A stretch of DNA of 64,000 nucleotides from Actinomycetota bacterium. GTDB taxonomy: Bacteria > Actinomycetota > Thermoleophilia > RBG-16-64-13. The stretch covers positions 4,784 to 68,783 of the forward strand of contig JAAYJE010000022.1 in assembly GCA_012523095.1 (NCBI GenBank), written 5' to 3'. How positions within the stretch are numbered: the first letter of the stretch is position 1; every line of letters starts with the position of its first letter. Below, piece by piece: positions 58,821-64,000 of the stretch. A program made the position numbers and the translations under genes. The notes beneath the pieces were generated by a model. It was not told the DNA's origin and made no database searches. It saw only the letters and a list, made by a program, of their open reading frames with translations.

Positions 58821-59554
58821 GCGCAGTCAGGATCCTGGGGCACGTCCAATCTCTCACAGGTCGGTCCCCACAGGTCTACCACAAGGAGGGCACGGCTTCG
58901 AGCCGCCGGATCTACGACCAGCTTGATGGCTTCAGTCGCCTCCACGCTCCCGATCACGGCGGCCACGGTGTTCAGGACTCCGACGACGTCGGTGGTGAGA
59001 GACTGCTCCCGGGGAGGCAGTTCGGGGACCAGACAACGCAGGCACGGCCCCTCACCGGGGACGATGGTCATGGACATGCCCGCCGTAGTGATAACCCCGC
59101 CGTACACCCAGGGCATCCCGCGGGCCACGGCATAGTCATTGATGGAGAAGCGAGTGGGGAAGTTGTCGGTGCCGTCGACGAGAAGGTCGAGGTCGTCGGC
59201 CAGGACAGGCAGGTTGCCAACGTCCACCGCGGCCACCACCGACTCCACCATCACCCGGCTGTTCACCTTACGCAGATACGCGGCGGCCGCCTCGGCTTTG
59301 TGGAGCCCCCGGGCTACATCCTCCTCCGTGAAGACGATCTGCCGTTGCAGATTGTGCATCTCCAGATAGTCCTTGTCGACGATGCGCAGTAGTCCGACGC
59401 CTGCTCGGACCAGATGACTCGCGATGACGGAGCCGAGGGCCCCGCACCCGATCACACCGATACGAGCTGCGGCCAGCTTCTGCTGGCCGGTACGGCCGAT
59501 CTGCGGCAGCAACATCTGCCGGCTGTATCGTTCGAAGCCGCCATCGGATCCCAC
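58784..59554 (-). CDS. ThiF/MoeB/HesA-family E1-like adenylyltransferase
   Basis: RYSRQ motif, GxGxxG (VIGCGALGS) and a C-terminal CxxC...CxxC. Confidence 0.85.
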   Translation of the reverse strand: MGSDGGFERYSRQMLLPQIGRTGQQKLAAARIGVIGCGALGSVIASHLVRAGVGLLRIVDKDYLEMHNLQRQIVFTEEDVARGLHKAEAAAAYLRKVNSRVMVESVVAAVDVGNLPVLADDLDLLVDGTDNFPTRFSINDYAVARGMPWVYGGVITTAGMSMTIVPGEGPCLRCLVPELPPREQSLTTDVVGVLNTVAAVIGSVEATEAIKLVVDPAARSRALLVVDLWGPTCERLDVPQDPDCACCGSRRTVAAP

Positions 59555-59567
59555 GAGCCTTACCTTA

Positions 59568-60815
59568 CTACCCTACCGGTTCGGTGATCTTTGTGGGGGG
59601 TACGTAGTCTTTGCCCAGCACCAATACCATGTGTCCCTGCTCCAGAGTGGCGTCCTCGGAAACGATGCCCACACCCAAGAAGCTCCGCACCCGGTGCGCC
59701 TCGGCCGTCGCGTCGGGAGAGGCGGTGATGCAGGTCTGCTTAACGCTGGGGAAGCCCCGAGCGTTGACGACCGGCAGCATCGTGTAGCCCATGGCCTGCA
59801 GTAGTTCTACCGTCTGCTCCGCGATGCCCACCACACCCGAGCCGTTCTGCACCTGCACTGTGAACTCCAGGCCGTCCCAGGTGCCATCGAGGAGGGCCTT
59901 CGCATGCTTGATATCCGGCTCGATGTACCGGCCTCCGGCGCTCTCCACCAGGCGACCGCCGAGTTCGGCGGCCGTCCACTCACCGTCCGCCAAGGACGCA
60001 GCCATCCCTGCCATGGCCTCGCGCAGACCCGAGGAGTCGCCGCCCAGCGACAGCCCGTCCCAGAAAGACCCGGCGGCCGATTCACTCCCGCCCAGCGATG
60101 CCAACACGGCACGGGCTACCTGCTCGCTCTCGTTTCCTGTGGAGGTGAGGGTCTCCGGTGGCAGGTCTTCCACCCCGGCCGTCGCGAGCGCACCTCTAAG
60201 CTCGGCCCAAGGTACTGAGGCGGTAGGCAAAGGCGTCACCCCCAAGGCCTCGCCCACCACTACGCCCAGCTCACCATCCTCGCCGGTCTCGCAGAGCTCG
60301 ATCAAGGTTCTGAATCCCTCGGAAGGGGTGTTGAGCAGCGTGAGTCCAGGCATGGCCAGGACGAGTCCACCGTGCTCGCGGGCCTGGAGCAACACCACCA
60401 GCGGTACATCCTCCTGCCCCTCAACGACGACCAGCCCCCCTGGATAGGCCTTGGCGGGAGCCAGAGTCGTAGTCGGTTGTGTGCCCGTCTCGGGACCTCC
60501 AAGAAACGTGAGCAGCGTCACAACCACGGCGATCACCACCGCCGCCGGGGCTACCATCAACCACAACCTGGTGTGAGACCTACGCCGCCGCTCCGCGCGC
60601 CGGTAGGTCCGCCTCTCAGAACGCGAACGGTAACCCAGGGGGTTCGGCGGCGGCGCGGGGCTGTCGGTCTTGGCGAGAGCCTGGTAAAGCTCGAGTTCCT
60701 CGGGAGTAGGAGCCGCCCTCGAATCCAGGGGAACACCGGTCTTCGATTCTTTGGAGCGATGGTCCTTCCGCGCCCTACGACTTCCCGGAGCCTGTTCGTC
60801 GCTCACGGTCGACAC
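59568..60815 (-). CDS. Membrane-anchored protein with C-terminal LytR_C domain
   Basis: Pro/Arg-rich cytoplasmic N-terminus, one TM, and a C-terminal region with the VQVQNGSGVVGIAEQTVELLQAMGY LytR_C-like motif. Confidence 0.55.
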   Translation of the reverse strand: MSTVSDEQAPGSRRARKDHRSKESKTGVPLDSRAAPTPEELELYQALAKTDSPAPPPNPLGYRSRSERRTYRRAERRRRSHTRLWLMVAPAAVVIAVVVTLLTFLGGPETGTQPTTTLAPAKAYPGGLVVVEGQEDVPLVVLLQAREHGGLVLAMPGLTLLNTPSEGFRTLIELCETGEDGELGVVVGEALGVTPLPTASVPWAELRGALATAGVEDLPPETLTSTGNESEQVARAVLASLGGSESAAGSFWDGLSLGGDSSGLREAMAGMAASLADGEWTAAELGGRLVESAGGRYIEPDIKHAKALLDGTWDGLEFTVQVQNGSGVVGIAEQTVELLQAMGYTMLPVVNARGFPSVKQTCITASPDATAEAHRVRSFLGVGIVSEDATLEQGHMVLVLGKDYVPPTKITEPVG

Positions 60816-61504
60816 CTTTTACGACCCGCAGTCTGGGATCCGCCCGTTTTGTAGTAGCCGGACTTGTCGATCAGCTCGGCCACCGGATCTGGAACCAGAT
60901 ATCGTACCGTCTTGCCGACGGCCAGACGTTCTCTGATCATACTGGATGAGATCGCCAGGGCCGGCACCTCCATGATTCTGACCCTGGCTTCCGGCACGAG
61001 ATCCACCGTCTTCGAACGCAGCTCCTCCAGGAGCTCAGAAAGACGCGATAGATCGTAGCCGGGCCGGGTCGCCGCGATGAAGGCCGACAGCTCCAGCACC
61101 CGGGCGGGATCCTTCCAGGTGAGGATCTCCAACACTGCATCGGCCCCTGTGATGAAGAACATCTCGGTCCCCTGTGGGACGATGCCGGCCAGGTACTCCA
61201 GCGTGTCAACCGTGTAGCTCACCTTGTTACGGTCTATCTCGAAACGCGAGACGGAGAAATGGGGGTTGCTGGCGGTAGCAGTGGCCACCAGCAGATACCG
61301 GAACTCAGGCGGCGCGCCGTGCCTACTCTTGTGAGGAGCGTCACCTGCCGGCATGAAGAGCACCTGGTCTAGGTCAAAATGTACCAAGGCCTCTTGCGCC
61401 GTCACCAGATGCGCTATATGCACAGGGTCGAAGGTACCTCCCATGACGCCCAGACGCAGACCGGGTCGGTTGCACAGCCGCGCGATGAGACCGTCTTGCT
61501 GCAT
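60803..61504 (-). CDS. nadD: Nicotinate-nucleotide adenylyltransferase
   Basis: GGTFDPVHIAHL (HxGH-type) motif. 233 aa. Confidence 0.9.
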   Translation of the reverse strand: MQQDGLIARLCNRPGLRLGVMGGTFDPVHIAHLVTAQEALVHFDLDQVLFMPAGDAPHKSRHGAPPEFRYLLVATATASNPHFSVSRFEIDRNKVSYTVDTLEYLAGIVPQGTEMFFITGADAVLEILTWKDPARVLELSAFIAATRPGYDLSRLSELLEELRSKTVDLVPEARVRIMEVPALAISSSMIRERLAVGKTVRYLVPDPVAELIDKSGYYKTGGSQTAGRKRCRP

Positions 61505-61541
61505 GTTCCTCTCTAGTCTTTCAAGTCGTCCCGCTCCTACC

Positions 61542-62807
61542 TCACCGGACGTGTCCGCTACCGGTCACCACGTACTTGGTGGAGGTGAGCTCCTTGAGGG
61601 CCAGCGGCCCCCGCGCATGCAACTTCTGGGTTGAGATGCCTATCTCCGCCCCCAGCCCGAAGACGCCGCCGTCCGTGAAGCGCGTAGAGGCGTTGATGTA
61701 GACCACGCCGGCGTCGACAGATTGAGAGAAGCGCCGGCTGGCTTTCAGGTCGCGCGTGATGATCGCCTCCGAGTGACCCGTGCCGAACCTGTTGATGTGG
61801 TCGACCGCCTCTTCCAGGCTCTCCACCACCTTGATGGCCATCTCAAGACTCAGGAACTCGGTGGCATAGTGTTTGTCTGTTGCTTTCAGCACCTTGGCCG
61901 CCGTGTCTCCGGCGAACTCCCGCGTGCAGCTGTCGCCGTGCAGTTTCACCTTGCGTTCCGCGAGAGCGTTCACCACGACGGGGACGAACCTGGCTGCCAC
62001 CGCCTCGTGCACCAACAACGTCTCGACCGCATTACAGACCCCAGGTCTTTGGCATTTGGCGTTGATGGTGATGGCCAGGGCCTGCTTGAGATCGGCCGCT
62101 TTGTCTACGTAGACGTGGCAGTTGCCTCCGGCAGCCGCTATAACCGGGATCTTGGAGTGCTCCAACAGGAACTCCTTCAGCGCTTCCCCTCCACGGGGTA
62201 TGACCAGGTCGATGCAGTCTCTGAACTGGAGCAGATCGACCAACGCATCTCTATCCTTGACGGGGACGAACTGGATGCAATCCGCGGGAAGGTCGCTCTC
62301 GATTGCCGCGCCCGTGATGACCTCAGCCATGATGCGATTGGAACGGAAGGCGTCGCTCCCTCCCCGCAGGATCACAGAATTCCCGGTCTTGATGCATAAG
62401 GCGGCAGCATCAACAGTGACATTCGGACGCGCTTCGTAGACCACCATGATGACCCCGAAAGGTACGCGTACCTTTTGTAGTTCGAGCCCCTCGGGAGTCC
62501 GCCAGCCACCGACGATCTCACCTACAGGGTCGGCTAGAGCGGCCACGTCTCTCAAGCTTCCTGCAACACCGGACAGCCGACTCTCGTCCAGAAGGAGCCG
62601 GTCTATCAGCGCCGGCGAGAGTCCGTTCTTACGTCCCTCCGACACGTCATGCGCATTCTCCTCGAGGATCTCAGCAGATCGGCGTTCCAACGCTTCCGCC
62701 ATAGCCAGAAGAGCGCGGTTCTTGCGAGCAGCGTCGAGCGTCGCAAGGATGCGCGACGCCTGTTTCGCCTTGCCCGCCAGGTTCTTCATCTTCAATTCTC
62801 CTCCCAC
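61542..62807 (-). CDS. proA: Glutamate-5-semialdehyde dehydrogenase (gamma-glutamyl phosphate reductase)
   Basis: 421 aa ALDH-fold ProA with catalytic Cys region. Confidence 0.93.
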   Translation of the reverse strand: MGGELKMKNLAGKAKQASRILATLDAARKNRALLAMAEALERRSAEILEENAHDVSEGRKNGLSPALIDRLLLDESRLSGVAGSLRDVAALADPVGEIVGGWRTPEGLELQKVRVPFGVIMVVYEARPNVTVDAAALCIKTGNSVILRGGSDAFRSNRIMAEVITGAAIESDLPADCIQFVPVKDRDALVDLLQFRDCIDLVIPRGGEALKEFLLEHSKIPVIAAAGGNCHVYVDKAADLKQALAITINAKCQRPGVCNAVETLLVHEAVAARFVPVVVNALAERKVKLHGDSCTREFAGDTAAKVLKATDKHYATEFLSLEMAIKVVESLEEAVDHINRFGTGHSEAIITRDLKASRRFSQSVDAGVVYINASTRFTDGGVFGLGAEIGISTQKLHARGPLALKELTSTKYVVTGSGHVR

Positions 62808-62811
62808 ATTG

Positions 62812-63921
62812 CTAGCACACCAGCACCATGTAGTCTCTGTGTATGGCCTCCGGCGATGCCTGGGGAAGCAGTTCCGCCACCCGGCCGCTCTGAAGACCCT
62901 TGGCCCGGTCGAGATCCTTATTCGAATACGTGATCAGTCCCTTGGCCAATTCGGCGCCCTGCTCGTCGACGACCATCACCGCGTCGCCCGGCACGAAGTC
63001 GCCCTCGACTTCAACCACTCCCACAGGCAGCAGACTACTCTTGCCTCGCAAAGCCTTGACGGCGCCTGCGTCCACCACTACCCGGCCCTGGACCGGTTTT
63101 CCGTAAAGCAACCACAATTTATAGTCAGGGATCCCCAGACGCCGCGGAGCGAACCGGGTGCCCACCTCTCTGCCGGCCACACAGTCTTTGAGCACGTCGG
63201 CCCGATCACCCCGGGCGATCACGGTCTCCACGCCTCCGCTCGTGGCGATCAGAGCGCTGCTCACCTTACTGCCCATACCACCCCTGCCCAAGCTCCCGAT
63301 GGCGCCTATGCTCACGCACTCTAATTGGTCCGGGTCGTCGACTTTGGTGATCAGTCGTGCGCTCCCGTCTTCGTGCGGGTCGGCTGTGAAAAGACCGTCG
63401 GTATCGGTGAGCAGCACCAGGAGGTCGGCTTTGACGAGCAGGGCTACTTGCGCCGCCAGAGTATCGTTGTCGCCGAAACAGAGCTCGTCGGTGGCGGTAG
63501 TGTCGTTCTCGTTGATGATCGGCACCACCTTCCAGTCCAAGAGCCGCCTGAGCGTGTTGCGCGCGTTCAGATACTGGGTCCGCGCGGCGACGTCGAACGC
63601 CGTCAGCAGCACTTGAGCGGTCAGCACGTTCTCGTGTGAGAACAACTCGGTGTAGATATGGAATAGATACCCCTGCCCCACCGCCGCGGCCGCCTGGAGA
63701 TCGACCACCTCGGTTGGACGCTCACTCAAGTGGAGCACTCCCATACCTGAAGACACCGCCCCCGAGGAAACCACCAAGACACGGTGGTCCTGGGCGTGCA
63801 GCCCGCAGATCTCCGCCACCAATGTCGCCACCGGATCCAGCCGTAACGTGCCCCGGCTGCTTGTGAGGGTACTGGAGCCGATCTTGACTACGACCGTCTT
63901 GCCCGAGCCTCTGCCTACCAC
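62812..63921 (-). CDS. proB: Glutamate 5-kinase with PUA domain
   Basis: VVKIGSS amino-acid kinase N-terminus and a C-terminal PUA domain. 369 aa. Confidence 0.93.
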   Translation of the reverse strand: MVGRGSGKTVVVKIGSSTLTSSRGTLRLDPVATLVAEICGLHAQDHRVLVVSSGAVSSGMGVLHLSERPTEVVDLQAAAAVGQGYLFHIYTELFSHENVLTAQVLLTAFDVAARTQYLNARNTLRRLLDWKVVPIINENDTTATDELCFGDNDTLAAQVALLVKADLLVLLTDTDGLFTADPHEDGSARLITKVDDPDQLECVSIGAIGSLGRGGMGSKVSSALIATSGGVETVIARGDRADVLKDCVAGREVGTRFAPRRLGIPDYKLWLLYGKPVQGRVVVDAGAVKALRGKSSLLPVGVVEVEGDFVPGDAVMVVDEQGAELAKGLITYSNKDLDRAKGLQSGRVAELLPQASPEAIHRDYMVLVC

Positions 63922-63930
63922 AACACCGCC

Positions 63931-64000
63931 CTACTGATACTCGAAAGCGTAGCCTTCTATGTCTACGTCGTCCCCCGGCTGAGCCCCCTGCGCCCGCAGA
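63931..64000 (-). CDS. obg: Partial CDS (C-terminal 22 codons), possibly the Obg GTPase C-terminus; 5' end outside window
   Basis: Open minus-strand frame ends ...GYAFEYQ with stop TAG at 63933..63931. The obg-proB-proA-nadD order is conserved in many bacteria. Confidence 0.35.
   Translation of the reverse strand, partial: LRAQGAQPGDDVDIEGYAFEYQ

Noticed and set aside
57930-61504. Interpreting the LarE-like/ThiF/nadD neighbourhood as a nickel-pincer nucleotide (lactate racemase cofactor) biosynthesis locus.
   Set aside because: No larB (PurE-like carboxylase), larC or larA homologues are present in the window. Also, nadD-proA-proB-obg synteny is a conserved housekeeping arrangement. This was retained only as a generic sulfur-transfer hypothesis.
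1-64000. Search for tRNA/rRNA genes, CRISPR arrays, IS elements, integrases or phage genes.
   Set aside because: There are no cloverleaf-compatible conserved tRNA boxes in any intergenic region. There are no direct-repeat/spacer arrays, no transposase/integrase/recombinase-like ORFs, and no long non-coding stretches. The window appears to be core chromosome.

Overview
This 64 kb, high-GC (~65-68%) window is mostly conserved core genes, with one short stretch (14.1-18.7 kb) that looks more lineage-specific. From ~16.2 kb to the end (about 48 kb) every gene is on the minus strand. The gene content and order look like an actinobacterial chromosome; that is inferred from motifs alone, with no database search possible.

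The window contains, left to right:
- A partial rpiB with an unusual C-terminal extension, an Fmt-like formyltransferase, carbamate kinase, an MFS transporter, and a pckG-aminotransferase operon.
- Class II fructose-bisphosphate aldolase (fba), a K+ channel with two RCK domains, and glutamate dehydrogenase.
- The lineage-specific stretch: a membrane-anchored beta-propeller protein and an operon of DUF3467, a BCP/PrxQ-type peroxiredoxin and a secreted FAD-oxidoreductase-like protein.
- A colinear tkt-tal-pyrR-pyrB-PFOR(nifJ)-M48 peptidase-pyrC block, then HAD hydrolase, rluD and lspA.
- A complete division/cell-wall (dcw) cluster: mraZ-rsmH-ftsL-ftsI-murE-murF-mraY-murD-ftsW-murG-murC-murB-ftsQ-ftsZ-pgeF-yggS-sepF-proC-divIVA. 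There is no ftsA or ddl.
- adaA/alkA-ogt, pcrA, then cysE, a LarE-like PP-loop ATPase, thiF/moeB, a LytR_C-domain protein, nadD-proA-proB and a partial obg.

The strongest finding is the peroxiredoxin. It has an in-frame TGA exactly at the peroxidatic cysteine position, and a SECIS-like hairpin with a GU loop starts 11 nt downstream. That makes it a candidate selenocysteine peroxiredoxin. A pseudogene or sequencing error is the alternative. It also implies an anaerobic, selenium-using actinobacterium, possibly Coriobacteriia-like.

Other points worth a second look:
- A perfect 16-bp palindrome in the leader of that operon.
- A PyrR binding-loop motif upstream of pyrB.
- PFOR and an M48 peptidase embedded in the pyrimidine operon.
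- An AT-rich, repeat-bearing, probably leaderless mraZ promoter.
- A cysE/LarE-like/ThiF sulfur-transfer cluster next to nadD.

No tRNA, rRNA, CRISPR or obvious mobile elements were seen.
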